Of a stretch of DNA of 64,000 nt, positions 20,418-31,988 are shown piece after piece. The translations under genes were made by a program, and so were the position numbers. The notes below the pieces were generated by a model that was not told where the DNA came from, ran no database searches, and saw nothing but the letters and a program-made list of their open reading frames with translations. Source of the DNA: Candidatus Krumholzibacteriota bacterium. Lineage in GTDB: Bacteria; Krumholzibacteriota; Krumholzibacteriia; JAJRXK01. Location of the stretch: NCBI GenBank assembly GCA_963727455.1, contig CAVSGG010000017.1, positions 64,001 through 128,000 on the forward strand. Reading direction: 5' to 3'. The first letter of the stretch is position 1, and each line of letters opens with the position of its first letter.

Positions 20418-21780
20418 TCGTCCCATCACTCTGCCCACACGACAGTGGGTCGTGGTGGCCACGCTTGCCATTTGCGTGTTGGCAGCGGTGGGTGGAGGGC
20501 TCTGGCAGTTCGACCGTCATGCGCGGGATTATTTGCGTGAAGCCCTGGGCGACCAGCTCCAGGACCAGGCGGTGGGGGTGGCGTCGACAATCCCCGGCGA
20601 TTCCCTGGCTTTCTGGGCCCTGAGCCGAGGGGATCCCCGTTGGCAGACTCCGCTCTTGAAATCGTTGGGGCGCATACGTCAGGACAACGAGCTCGCCAAT
20701 ATCTTCCTCTGCCTTCCCGGAGGGGAAGTGGTCCTGGACGTGAATCAGAGCCTACTCCCCGGATTCAAGAACCCGTTTCTTTCGCTGGACCCGGCGGAAA
20801 TCGCAGCGGCGCGTTCGGGAATCGCGAGTCATTCCAGGCTCTACCATGCTTTGGGTGATCGCTACTACATGACCGGCTATGCGCCGGTATTCGACGTCGT
20901 GGGCGATGTGGCGGGTTTCGTGGGCGTGGACGCTAGCGTGGGATACTTCGATGCCCTTTCGGACTTGCGCCGCACGCTTTTGCTCATCGGCGGAACGGTG
21001 GTCGCGCTCGTCGCGTTGCTCATGATTCTCTGGGTCGTGTATGCGCAGCGCCTGGCCCGCGCACGCACTCTTCTGCTGCGCAACGAAACGCTCTCCGCGA
21101 TGGGCCGTATGACGGCGGGAATCGCGCATGAGATTCGCAATCCGCTGGGCATCATCAAGAATACCGCGCAACTCCTCAAAGAGGATCTGGAGGAGCAGGG
21201 CGTTGACGCGACCATGGTCGATTACATTCCCGAGGAAGTCAATCGTCTCAACGAGATCCTGACGGGATATCTCGACTTTGCCCGGCAGGCTCCTCCGCGC
21301 TTTTCCAAAGTGGACCTCACGAAACTCTTGCAACGCACTCTCCAACTGCTCGAGCAGGACTTTCAAGAGGCGAAGGTCACGGTCAGCGACGGTTTGAGCC
21401 ACTGTGGGGAAGTGAGCGTCGAGGCGGATACACGCCGATTGCAACAGGTCTTCCTGAATCTGTTCCTGAACGCCTTGCAGGCCATGCCGAACGGGGGCAC
21501 TCTCGAAATCGAGATTCAAGAAGAAGGAGACTCGGTCACCGCAAGAGTTCTCGATACGGGCGTGGGACTTCCAAAAGAAGAACCCGGACGCATCTTCGAA
21601 CCCTTCGTTACGACCAAGGACAAGGGAAGCGGATTGGGCTTGAGCGTGGTCCGGCGCATCGTAGTGGAGGATCATGGGGGGAGAGTGCAGTTGGAGGACC
21701 GTCCGCAGAAAGGTGCTGTCGCCACGGTGATTCTTCCCCGCCGGCAGAGGGCGAGAAGCAACTCACGAAGAGGAGAATAG
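20386..21780 (+). CDS. Membrane sensor histidine kinase (2 TM, periplasmic domain)
   Basis: AHEIRNPL H-box, N box NALQA, DTGVG, GSGLGL. Confidence 0.92.
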   Translation: MPQSNTEPSANRPITLPTRQWVVVATLAICVLAAVGGGLWQFDRHARDYLREALGDQLQDQAVGVASTIPGDSLAFWALSRGDPRWQTPLLKSLGRIRQDNELANIFLCLPGGEVVLDVNQSLLPGFKNPFLSLDPAEIAAARSGIASHSRLYHALGDRYYMTGYAPVFDVVGDVAGFVGVDASVGYFDALSDLRRTLLLIGGTVVALVALLMILWVVYAQRLARARTLLLRNETLSAMGRMTAGIAHEIRNPLGIIKNTAQLLKEDLEEQGVDATMVDYIPEEVNRLNEILTGYLDFARQAPPRFSKVDLTKLLQRTLQLLEQDFQEAKVTVSDGLSHCGEVSVEADTRRLQQVFLNLFLNALQAMPNGGTLEIEIQEEGDSVTARVLDTGVGLPKEEPGRIFEPFVTTKDKGSGLGLSVVRRIVVEDHGGRVQLEDRPQKGAVATVILPRRQRARSNSRRGE

Positions 21781-21781
21781 A

Positions 21782-23149
21782 GTGGCTCGGATTTTGGTGG
21801 TGGACGACGAGTCCAAGATGCAGGAGCTATTGGCGAAATTCCTCGCGCGCAAAGGTCACGAGGTGCGCACGGCAGGAGATGGCGTGGCAGCAATCGCGCA
21901 GCTCGAGGAGTCCGAATCCGAGCTCGTGTTTTCGGATCTGCGCATGCCCGGATTGGACGGAATCGAACTCCTCGCCAAAGTGCGCGAGCGGTGGCCGAAC
22001 ATACGATTGGTCATCATGACCGGCCACGGTGACGACGTGCGCACCGCGGTGGAAGCCATGAAGTCGGGCGCCTTCGACTATCTCACCAAACCACTCGATC
22101 TGGATGAAGTTGCCATCATCGCGGAACGGGCGGCGCGGGAACGCGAGCTTTCGCTGGAGAATGCTCGTCTGCGCAAAGTCGTGAACCGCCAGAATCCAGC
22201 GAGGGAAATGGTGGGTGAAAGCGCAGCAATGGCTCGCGTCAGGGAGCTGGTTCTGAAGGTTGCGCCGACGGACGCCACGGTGCTCATTCGCGGTGAGAGC
22301 GGCACGGGCAAGGAACTCACTGCGAGGTCGATTCACGAGCACAGTCCTAGGGCGAAGCGCCCCTTTCTGGCCGTCAATTGTGCCGCAATCGCTGACACCC
22401 TGCTCGAGAGCGAGCTCTTCGGTTACGTGAAAGGAGCATTCACCGGCGCGGAGCAGAACAAGGCGGGGCTCTTCGAGCTGGCCCACAGAGGCACCCTCTT
22501 TTTGGACGAGATCGCGGAAGCCAACGCGTCGGTGCAGGCCAAGCTGCTGCGCGCCCTGGAAGAAAAGAGATTCTTGCCGGTGGGCGGGCATCGTGAGGTT
22601 CAAGTCGATGTCAGAATCGTCGCCGCGACCAACAAGGACCTCGAGAGCTACATCGACCAAGATCGGTTCCGTAAAGACCTCTTCTATCGCTTCAATGTCT
22701 TTCCCGTGCAGCTTCCCCCGCTCAGAAATCGCATCGAGGATCTGCCGGGGCTCGTAGGTCATTTTCTGAATGGCTTCGGCCGGGACGCGGATGAGATCGA
22801 TTCGGAGTCTCTCTCGATGCTGCGTGCGTATCCGTGGCCGGGAAACGTGCGCGAGCTGCGCAACATCTTGGAGCGTGCGCATATCCTGGCGCAGGCAGAG
22901 CGTATTGGAGTGACTCACTTGCTCTTGCCGGAGGCTCGGGGTGACGGAGAGCAGGAGCTCGCGGGATCGAGACCGCTCAATCTGCGCATCGAAGATCACG
23001 AGCGAAGACTGATACGTTTGGCCCTGCAGCGGGCCGGGGGGAACAAGACCAAAGCGGCCGAGCTTTTGGGACTCACGCGCCGCGCCCTGTACAGCCGGAT
23101 GGAGCGCCTCCAGTTGCCCATCGACGGCCTCGAGCCAGGCACCAGCTAG
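21782..23149 (+). CDS. sigma54-dependent response regulator (NtrC/ZraR/AtoC family)
   Basis: Receiver domain, GESGTGKE, GAFTGA, WPGNVREL, Fis-type HTH. Confidence 0.95.
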   Translation: MARILVVDDESKMQELLAKFLARKGHEVRTAGDGVAAIAQLEESESELVFSDLRMPGLDGIELLAKVRERWPNIRLVIMTGHGDDVRTAVEAMKSGAFDYLTKPLDLDEVAIIAERAARERELSLENARLRKVVNRQNPAREMVGESAAMARVRELVLKVAPTDATVLIRGESGTGKELTARSIHEHSPRAKRPFLAVNCAAIADTLLESELFGYVKGAFTGAEQNKAGLFELAHRGTLFLDEIAEANASVQAKLLRALEEKRFLPVGGHREVQVDVRIVAATNKDLESYIDQDRFRKDLFYRFNVFPVQLPPLRNRIEDLPGLVGHFLNGFGRDADEIDSESLSMLRAYPWPGNVRELRNILERAHILAQAERIGVTHLLLPEARGDGEQELAGSRPLNLRIEDHERRLIRLALQRAGGNKTKAAELLGLTRRALYSRMERLQLPIDGLEPGTS

Positions 23150-23175
23150 AAGGGCGGTCGCTCACCTCCGGCTGC

Positions 23176-23210
23176 CGTTCCAGCCGGGACAGGGTGTCCC
23201 TCGCGGTACG
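23176..23210 (+). promoter_or_regulatory. Candidate enhancer (UAS): two tandem pseudo-palindromes
   Basis: CGTTCC-agcc-GGGACA and TGTCCC-tcgc-GGTACG, 19 nt apart. Confidence 0.45.
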
Positions 23211-23266
23211 CCACAGGTGGGTATCGGCCCCCAGCCGCGCTCGAAGTCGGGAAGGAAGCGAATTCG

Positions 23267-23291
23267 GAAGTGCTTGGAAAATCAGCACTTC
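23267..23291. promoter_or_regulatory. Palindrome containing an IHF-like site
   Basis: GAAGTGCT-N9-AGCACTTC including AATCAGCACTT. Confidence 0.45.
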
Positions 23292-23329
23292 ATGGCCATA
23301 CTCCGGCTCGAACCGGGGGGCGCCGCGAG

Positions 23330-23346
23330 TGGGAATGAGCATTGCA
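23330..23346 (+). promoter_or_regulatory. sigma54 -24/-12 promoter candidate
   Basis: gGGAATGAGCATTGCA: GG-N10-GC with TTGCA; adjacent to a sigma54 activator gene. Confidence 0.55.
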
Positions 23347-23390
23347 GCGTACGGGAACAGCGATCCATTCTGGATGAGCCAGGAGCATCA

Positions 23391-24485
23391 ATGATGAGAA
23401 CCCAGCGCGCATTTTTCAGGGCCCGCGTCTTTCGCCACTACCGGGCGGCCGTGGTCCTGCTCGGACTTTGGAGCCTGAGCTTGGGGGCGGCCGGCGCCCG
23501 CGCGGCAGACGACCGCGACTTACTCAGCTTCGAGCTGGAGCGGACGGACACCGTGTTGGAGCACGTGCAGGAGAATCTGCGCGAGGCCAACAACCCCCGT
23601 CTCCACGAGCTCTTCAAGCAGGCAGTTGCCGTGCAGGAGATGGCCCGGCGGCTTTTCGAGGCCAGCCCGGCCACGATCGATGCCGCGGGCAAGCTGCGGG
23701 TTCTCGGACTGACGCGGCGTGCACGTGACATGGCGCTGCGCATCCAACGGGAAGTCCGCAAAGACGTCACCTTTCAAGAGCAAGCGCGCCGGCTACTTGA
23801 AAGGTCCCGCGCACTTCTGGAGCGTATCGACGAAAACAGAGACAGAATCCGTGATCCACGAGTGCAGGCCGTGCTCGACAAAGCGCGCCGGCAGTTGTCC
23901 ACGGCGGAGCAGCAGTATGCGGACGGAAACTTCGAAGCGGCTCTGCGCCTTGCCGACTCCGCGAACTTACAGCTGAGAAATCTCCTTGAAGCGGTGCGCG
24001 ACAAGCTCAGTGTCGGGAGAGTCGAGCGGGAACTCGACCGGACCGATGGATTCTTGCTCAGAGCCAGGGACCGCTCCGACGCGAGTGACCCGAAGACTCA
24101 ACAGCTCTTGAAGCAGGCGAGCTTGCTGCAGGCCCGGGCCCGCGAGGCGGCCTCCTCCCAACGCTTCATGCAGGCGATGAAGCTCACGCGTCAGTCACGC
24201 AAGCTGCTGAGAGAGATCCTAGGCGAGTTCACGGATTCGGTAAGTCAGGAAGACTTCCAGCAGGCGCTTCAGCGCTTCGATGCCCGTCTGGAAAGCCTAC
24301 GAGAGGAGAATGAGGGGAAGTTCGTGGGTCCAGCCAACCAGCTGGTGAACCAGGCACTGCAATCGCGGGCCAGCGCGATACAGGCAGCTGATTCGCAGGA
24401 CTACTCGGCCGCTCTTGCGCGGATACGCGTAGGGCTCGATCTCCTCAACCGGGCGGGACGGCTGCTCGGGAACAGCTCCGGATAG
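23391..24485 (+). CDS. Hypothetical exported all-helical protein with four ~75-aa repeats
   Basis: RBS AGGAG; signal peptide ending ARA; repeats begin ELERTD / LLERSR / ELDRTD / ALQRFD. Confidence 0.75.
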   Translation: MMRTQRAFFRARVFRHYRAAVVLLGLWSLSLGAAGARAADDRDLLSFELERTDTVLEHVQENLREANNPRLHELFKQAVAVQEMARRLFEASPATIDAAGKLRVLGLTRRARDMALRIQREVRKDVTFQEQARRLLERSRALLERIDENRDRIRDPRVQAVLDKARRQLSTAEQQYADGNFEAALRLADSANLQLRNLLEAVRDKLSVGRVERELDRTDGFLLRARDRSDASDPKTQQLLKQASLLQARAREAASSQRFMQAMKLTRQSRKLLREILGEFTDSVSQEDFQQALQRFDARLESLREENEGKFVGPANQLVNQALQSRASAIQAADSQDYSAALARIRVGLDLLNRAGRLLGNSSG

Positions 24486-24491
24486 AACGAC

Positions 24492-25811
24492 GTGGCGAGG
24501 GGGGTATCGCGGAGCTTCCTCATCTCGGCTCTGGTGGCGGCGATGCTCTCATGCGTCGCCGCTGTCGTGCGTGCGGCTCCCCCGCAACTCAGCAGCGCCA
24601 TCGAGCTGGGCTACGATCGTTTCGCTCAGGTCTTCAAGATCACCGACTCCATCCTTTTGGATTCGCTCGGTCCCAGCGCGAGCTTCCGAAGTAGTTCGAA
24701 GGACACGACCGACGTCTTCACGGAATTCAGGGCCCAGGGGGAGCTTCGCTTGCGGAATCCCGAGGGGATTCATCGCTATGACTTGCTTCTCTTGGGCTCC
24801 TTGGGCACATCCCTGAACCGCGCCACATTGGATGCCGTTTACCGTTACCGCGCACAGGAGAGTCCCACGAAGTGGGACCTGGAAGCGAAGGTGGAGGGGC
24901 GACAGTTCGTGTCGGACTCCTCCTTCAGTCTGAGCCATGACAATCTGCGGGCCTTCACCAGTGCGCGCTGGCGTCGGCGCGCCTCAGACCTGGTCGAATT
25001 CGGGCTCAAGCTGAAGGACGAAGATCTGCGATACGACGGCAGAAGCGCGTTCGAATACGACCAGAATCGCTGGACGGGGAGCGGATTGTTGAGTCTGGAT
25101 CAGGGACTTGGTCTCACTCTCGATCTGGAAGCGGGGGGAGGAGCACGGACGGTTCCCGACAGCACGCAGATCAGCTACCGGCGCGGCTTTCTCAATGCGG
25201 ATCTGCTCTGGCTCTTTGGTGCAGGTCATTCGCTGTCCTGCTTCAGCACCTTCGAGCGACGCATGTTTCACGATCCCAACACTCGCTCTGCCTACTGGGA
25301 CCTCGTGCTCGAGCCGCAACTGCGCATTTTAATGTCCCCTCTGTGGCGCTTGAGTCTGGATCTCTCTCAGGAGCTCCTGTTCTACGATACTGACGGTGAG
25401 GTCTATCAGGACACCTGGATCGGAGAGCTGGGGATCGGCCTGACCCGCCGCCTGGGTGAGCTCGAGCTGGGCGTGCAACCGCGCTGGTCATGGGACTCTT
25501 CCCCTCGTTTCGCCGACGACGAGTATCACCAGCCTTCGGTGGTGGTGAAGGCCGATCTCTATGGCACCGGCCGGCTCTGGTTCACTTTCAGCGAGGAGAT
25601 CGGTCGCAGGTTCTATGCGACTCCTCCGGCGAGTTCGATCCAGCTCTACACGGACTACACTTTCTTCCGAACTACCCTCATGGCCACGCTCAGTGTCTCC
25701 AAGAGATTCAGTCTCAACGCCTTTGTCAGCGACCAACCCGACAATCACCTCAGGGAAGAGGACGACAGCCGGCTCACCCTGTATAGTCTTTCGCTCAGAG
25801 CCAGTTTTTGA
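24492..25811 (+). CDS. Hypothetical outer-membrane beta-barrel protein
   Basis: Signal peptide; alternating amphipathic strands; C-terminal YSLSLRASF. Confidence 0.7.
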   Translation: MARGVSRSFLISALVAAMLSCVAAVVRAAPPQLSSAIELGYDRFAQVFKITDSILLDSLGPSASFRSSSKDTTDVFTEFRAQGELRLRNPEGIHRYDLLLLGSLGTSLNRATLDAVYRYRAQESPTKWDLEAKVEGRQFVSDSSFSLSHDNLRAFTSARWRRRASDLVEFGLKLKDEDLRYDGRSAFEYDQNRWTGSGLLSLDQGLGLTLDLEAGGGARTVPDSTQISYRRGFLNADLLWLFGAGHSLSCFSTFERRMFHDPNTRSAYWDLVLEPQLRILMSPLWRLSLDLSQELLFYDTDGEVYQDTWIGELGIGLTRRLGELELGVQPRWSWDSSPRFADDEYHQPSVVVKADLYGTGRLWFTFSEEIGRRFYATPPASSIQLYTDYTFFRTTLMATLSVSKRFSLNAFVSDQPDNHLREEDDSRLTLYSLSLRASF

Positions 25812-25835
25812 GCCCTTGGCAAAGCGAGAGCGGAG

Positions 25836-26723
25836 ATGATCGAACGAACCCTCGAGCACGTGTTTCAAACGCTGCACGAACGCACGGAGCGTCCTGTTCC
25901 CTGGAGTGGCAATGCGGAGGCCCCCTGGAGCGAGGCGGAGTTTTCGCGCAACTATGCCCGCGCCGCGGTTCGAGACGCGATCATTAGCTCCCAAGAACTC
26001 GAGCACATCGTGGCGGCGGCTCAGCTCTCGGTTCATCCCACACCCCAAGATGTGCGGGACGTGCTCGACTTGGGTTGCGGAGATGGTCGTCTGCTGCTTC
26101 CCCTGGCGCGGATGGGTCACCGCGGCTACGGCTTCGATTTGGGTCCTTCTCCCGTGAACTCCCTGAGGGAGCTCGCGACGCGTCATTCTCTTTCTATCGA
26201 AGCGCTTACCGCCGATCTGCGGAGCTGGGCCAAGGGGGAGTTCTCGCTGGGGCCACCCGACGGATTCGATCTGGCGCTCCTCTCCTTCGGGACCCTGGGA
26301 GCAGTCCCGAAACGCGAGGGAGTCGAGCTTCTCGCGGCGCTCAGCCGGCGCCTGAGGGTGGGGGGGATCTTGCACCTGGACATGGGTCTCTCGCTTGGCT
26401 TCGCCGAGGAACTGGACGGGCGGCAGGAGTGGTGGACGAGTGAGGACTTCGTGCCCGGCAGGGGCGCCCAATTGGTGCTCGACGACCAGGCCTTCTATGC
26501 GCGGGAGCGCGTTTTCGTGCGCCGAACCTATTCCATGTTTCTCGACGGATCGCTTCGCTTCACCGAGCTCACGCAGACGAGTCAGCTCTACGAGTGCGAG
26601 GAACTGTGTGAGATCTTGAGCGGGGAAGGGCTGGAGGTGGAGGAGAAAAGCGGGGACTTCCTTGGAACTCCTTACAACTCCACCAGCAGCGAAAATCTCG
26701 TCCTGGTGGCCCGCAAAAAGTAG
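25836..26723 (+). CDS. Class I SAM-dependent methyltransferase
   Basis: VLDLGCGDG, FDLA, LRVGG motifs. Confidence 0.85.
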   Translation: MIERTLEHVFQTLHERTERPVPWSGNAEAPWSEAEFSRNYARAAVRDAIISSQELEHIVAAAQLSVHPTPQDVRDVLDLGCGDGRLLLPLARMGHRGYGFDLGPSPVNSLRELATRHSLSIEALTADLRSWAKGEFSLGPPDGFDLALLSFGTLGAVPKREGVELLAALSRRLRVGGILHLDMGLSLGFAEELDGRQEWWTSEDFVPGRGAQLVLDDQAFYARERVFVRRTYSMFLDGSLRFTELTQTSQLYECEELCEILSGEGLEVEEKSGDFLGTPYNSTSSENLVLVARKK

Positions 26724-26732
26724 GTGCGAATC

Positions 26733-26748
26733 TGGCGCGTCATCTGCA
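26733..26748 (+). promoter_or_regulatory. sigma54 -24/-12 promoter candidate for the M6 protease
   Basis: TGGCGCGTCATCTGCA, close to the TGGCACG-N4-TTGCW consensus; about 60 nt before ATG. Confidence 0.6.
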
Positions 26749-26810
26749 CTATGTTTCCAGCGCGGTCACAAGCTGATTTCCGATGATGGTTCGTTCCTTC
26801 TGGAGGTTCC

Positions 26811-29396
26811 ATGCGACGCCCCCTGGTCCCATTGGCGTTGGTTCTCGTTGCGTCGATTTCCGCGGTCCCCCTACGGGTTCTGGCCCAAATCGTCTCCCCG
26901 CGTGACGGTGGGGACTTGCCCGCGGCTTACCATGAACTGATCGCGCGAGATCCTCACGCTTTCACCATGAGGCACGCCTGGATCGAGAAGGCCAAAAAGC
27001 TTCGCAGCGAGCGTGGTCGCGCGATCGCAGAAGGCTCGACCAAAGCTGCCGCTTCTTACAAGGTGAGCGGAACCTACCACATTCCGATTTTTCCCGTGAC
27101 CTACGCGAATACTTCCGCCGAGCCGTATCCCGTGAGCGATTTGCAGAGCGAACTCTTTGGTCCCTCGCCATCGGGCTACGATCTCAGCGAGTTCTACGAC
27201 GAGATTTCCTACGGCAACATCCAGGCGAGCGGCACCGTCTACGATTGGGTCTCGCTCCCGCAGGACGACACCTACTACGAGGGTGGAGTCAACGGTCTCG
27301 ATCCGTCCCAGGCCAAGGTTGGCGAAATTATCAAGACGTGCCTCGATACCTACGATCCCAGCGTCGACTTCGGGCTCTACGACAATGATGGGCCGGACGG
27401 AATTCCCAACAGCGGCGATGACGACGGCTACGTTGACTTCGTGGCCTTCGTGCAGCCGGAGCAGGGTGGGGAATGCGGGGGAAATGGCAACATCTGGTCG
27501 CATCGCTGGGTCTATCAGGCCTGGAACATCAGCGGGAACATGCCCTATCAGACCAACGATCCTTCCGCCAATGGCGGCGTGATTCTCATCGACGACTATA
27601 CGATCCAACCCGCGCTCTCTTGCGCCATGGGGGCCCCCATGGTGGAAATCGGCGTGTTCTGCCACGAGTTCGGCCATGCCTTCGGACTGCCCGATCTCTA
27701 CGACACCGATGGCGGCACTTCACAGGGACTGGGGCACTGGGGTCTGATGGCGGCGGGTAACTGGAACAAACCGGATTCACCGGCGCACATGTCGGCCTGG
27801 TCCAAGGCGGAGTTGGGCTGGCTCACTCCGATCGCGGTCGATTGGCAGGGGGCGACGGTGGATATCCCTCCGGTGGAGACCAATCCCGTCGCTTACGAGC
27901 TCTCTTTCAACGAGGATCGCTGGAAAGTGCGCAGTGACTGCGCACTGAACGGAAGCAAGAGCTTGACCGTAGGTCTCGACAACACCGAGGCCGCGGTCCG
28001 CGGTTGGGCCGCGGGCAGGGGATACGGGAATTTCTGGCGCGAGACGGTGGCTCACGACTTCCACTTCGACGGCACTGGATCGGTATCCCTCAGCTTCGCC
28101 TATCGCAAGGACAGCGAGGGCGGATACGACTACACCTATTGCGTGCTCGAAGTGGGCTCGGTGGAGACGCTCTTGGCCGCCTATGACAATGTGGGCAGCG
28201 GCAATGAAAACTTGGACCTCACTCCTTATCTGGGAAGTTCGGAGACCGATTACCGGGTCAAGTTCCGTTTTGTCTCCGACGCGGGCTACTCCGACGAGGA
28301 TGGAAACTACCTTACGGCCTGTGCTCCTTTCGTAGTGGATGATGTTCAGGTGACGGGAGGAGGCGAGAGCTATTCCACCGATTTCGAGACGAACCGCGCG
28401 GGCTGGTATCAGCCCGACGATGCACTGGACAATCCAGTTTCCGAAAAGTGGCTGGTGGAGAACCGCCAAATCGCGGGCAGTGAGACCTATCTGCACGGAA
28501 CGGGGTTGGCGATCTACCACGTGGATCAGGAAGTCGCCCACAGCTACCTGGGAAACGATGGGGGCGTTTCCAACGCAACGGTGCGGGGAGTGGCCATGGA
28601 GCAGGCCGACGGTGACGAGGATCTGGAGGCAGGGTTGAATCGCGGCGACAACGGAGACCTTTGGCCGGGGATCAGCATGCAGTCCACCTTTGGTTCCACT
28701 TCGAATCCCTCTTCCGTCGACAATTCTGGTTATCCCACTCTCATCCAAGTCTCTTCCATTTCCCAGAACGGCAGCGACATGACCGCCACTTTAGTCGCGG
28801 GAGATCCCGCGCCCATCCTCAGCGGAATCGACCCCGTTAGCGAAGGAAATGGGCGGTCCATCCACCTCGATCTGCTCGGGGAGGAAAACGTGCGGCACGG
28901 GGCCACGCTCGTCCTTTCCAAGAGCGGTTCGCCCGACCTCCCGGCCACCTTGCACTGGACCGATTTCGATACGGTCGACGCGGAGTTGAATCTCTCTGGT
29001 GCCGAGCCCGGCCAGTACGACGTCGTGCTTCAGAATCCGGACGGCCAGAACACAGTCCTCGCTCAGGGCTTCGAGGTGCTCGCGGTCACCGCGGCCCCTG
29101 TAGTGGGTGCGGGTCCGGCGCGGATGGCATTGGCGCAGAACTATCCCAACCCCTTCAATCCCGTCACCACGATTCGCTACCAGCTCGATCGGAGCGGTCC
29201 GGTGCGGTTGGTGGTACTGGATGTGAAGGGTCGGGTCGTGAAGACCCTGGTGGAGGAATCGCGGGATGCCGGCTGGTACTCGGTGCGCTGGAACGGGACG
29301 GACGAGCGCGGCAAAATGGTCGCAAGCGGCCTCTATTTCTACCAGATGACCGCGAACAATTTCGAAGCGCGTAAGAAGCTACTCCTTCTCAAATGA
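26811..29396 (+). CDS. Secreted M6 family (immune inhibitor A-like) metalloprotease with FlgD-Ig/T9SS-type CTD
   Basis: IWSH, HEFGHAFGLPDLYD, LMAAG Met-turn; CTD QNYPNPFNP...ASGLYFY...KKLLLLK. Confidence 0.88.
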   Translation: MRRPLVPLALVLVASISAVPLRVLAQIVSPRDGGDLPAAYHELIARDPHAFTMRHAWIEKAKKLRSERGRAIAEGSTKAAASYKVSGTYHIPIFPVTYANTSAEPYPVSDLQSELFGPSPSGYDLSEFYDEISYGNIQASGTVYDWVSLPQDDTYYEGGVNGLDPSQAKVGEIIKTCLDTYDPSVDFGLYDNDGPDGIPNSGDDDGYVDFVAFVQPEQGGECGGNGNIWSHRWVYQAWNISGNMPYQTNDPSANGGVILIDDYTIQPALSCAMGAPMVEIGVFCHEFGHAFGLPDLYDTDGGTSQGLGHWGLMAAGNWNKPDSPAHMSAWSKAELGWLTPIAVDWQGATVDIPPVETNPVAYELSFNEDRWKVRSDCALNGSKSLTVGLDNTEAAVRGWAAGRGYGNFWRETVAHDFHFDGTGSVSLSFAYRKDSEGGYDYTYCVLEVGSVETLLAAYDNVGSGNENLDLTPYLGSSETDYRVKFRFVSDAGYSDEDGNYLTACAPFVVDDVQVTGGGESYSTDFETNRAGWYQPDDALDNPVSEKWLVENRQIAGSETYLHGTGLAIYHVDQEVAHSYLGNDGGVSNATVRGVAMEQADGDEDLEAGLNRGDNGDLWPGISMQSTFGSTSNPSSVDNSGYPTLIQVSSISQNGSDMTATLVAGDPAPILSGIDPVSEGNGRSIHLDLLGEENVRHGATLVLSKSGSPDLPATLHWTDFDTVDAELNLSGAEPGQYDVVLQNPDGQNTVLAQGFEVLAVTAAPVVGAGPARMALAQNYPNPFNPVTTIRYQLDRSGPVRLVVLDVKGRVVKTLVEESRDAGWYSVRWNGTDERGKMVASGLYFYQMTANNFEARKKLLLLK

Positions 29397-29416
29397 ACTT
29401 CCCGGCCATCCGCTGA

Positions 29417-30946
<1,530 letters not shown>

Positions 30947-30993
30947 GGGTTTTCGAGCGATCGCGCAGGGCTTCCCGTTCGCTCGCGTTCGAA

Positions 30994-31022
30994 TTGCCCC
31001 GCCCTCGGCGGGCACCTATACT
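30994..31022 (+). promoter_or_regulatory. sigma70-type promoter candidate for pdxST
   Basis: TTGCCC-17nt-TATACT. Confidence 0.6.
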
Positions 31023-31094
31023 ATGAACGAATAGCGCAGGGACTCAGGATGTACGGGATCGAGAACTTGCGGCACCCACGCGGGAGTTAGCGAA

Positions 31095-31988
31095 ATGAGT
31101 AAGCAAAGCGGTGAGGACCGGCTCCGCCTAAAGGTCGGCTTGGCCGAAATGCTCAAGGGTGGCGTCATCATGGACGTCACCAACGTCGAGCAGGCCAAGA
31201 TCGCCGAAGACGCGGGAGCGAGCGCGGTCATGGCTCTCGAGAGAATCCCCGCGGACATTCGCGCGGACGGCGGAGTCGCCCGCATGTCCAACCCGCGCAT
31301 GATCCAGGACATCATGGATGCGGTGAGCATCCCCGTCATGGCGAAATGCCGTATTGGTCACTTCGCGGAGGCTCAGATCCTCCAGGCGATAGGGGTGGAC
31401 TTCGTGGATGAGAGCGAAGTTCTCACTCCCGCCGACGAGGAACATCACGTCGACAAGTTTGCCTTCGAAGTCCCCTTCGTGTGCGGATGCAGGAACTTGG
31501 GAGAAGCTCTGCGCCGCATCGGAGAGGGAGCAGCGATGATGCGCACCAAGGGCGAGGCGGGTACCGGCGACATCGTAGAGGCAGTCCGTCACATGCGCGC
31601 CGTGCAGGGAGGCATCCGAAGACTCCAGATGCTCCGTGAGGAAGAACTCATGGCCGAGGCGAAGAACCTTGGTGCCCCGTACCACGTATTGCTCGAAGTT
31701 CGCGAGAAGGGCAAGTTGCCGGTTCCGAACTTTGCCGCCGGCGGTATCGCAACCCCAGCAGACGCATCCCTGATGATGCAGCTGGGTGCGGAGTCGGTCT
31801 TCGTCGGCAGTGGCATCTTCAAGAGTGACGATCCGTCGGCAAGAGCGAAGGCGGTGGTGCAGGCCGTCACTTTCTTTGACGATCCGAAGAAACTGGCAGA
31901 AGTCAGCCGCGAACTCGGCGATGCGATGCGCGGCCAGTCGGTGGAGAAACTCTCCAAGGAAGAGCTGCTCGCCGGCCGAGGTTGGTAG
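31095..31988 (+). CDS. pdxS: Pyridoxal 5'-phosphate synthase, lyase subunit
   Basis: [27 protein letters not shown]. Confidence 0.97.
   Translation: MSKQSGEDRLRLKVGLAEMLKGGVIMDVTNVEQAKIAEDAGASAVMALERIPADIRADGGVARMSNPRMIQDIMDAVSIPVMAKCRIGHFAEAQILQAIGVDFVDESEVLTPADEEHHVDKFAFEVPFVCGCRNLGEALRRIGEGAAMMRTKGEAGTGDIVEAVRHMRAVQGGIRRLQMLREEELMAEAKNLGAPYHVLLEVREKGKLPVPNFAAGGIATPADASLMMQLGAESVFVGSGIFKSDDPSARAKAVVQAVTFFDDPKKLAEVSRELGDAMRGQSVEKLSKEELLAGRGW

Noticed and set aside
23217-23390. Upstream extension of the helical-repeat ORF
   Set aside because: Covers the promoter elements; AGGAG precedes ATG 23391
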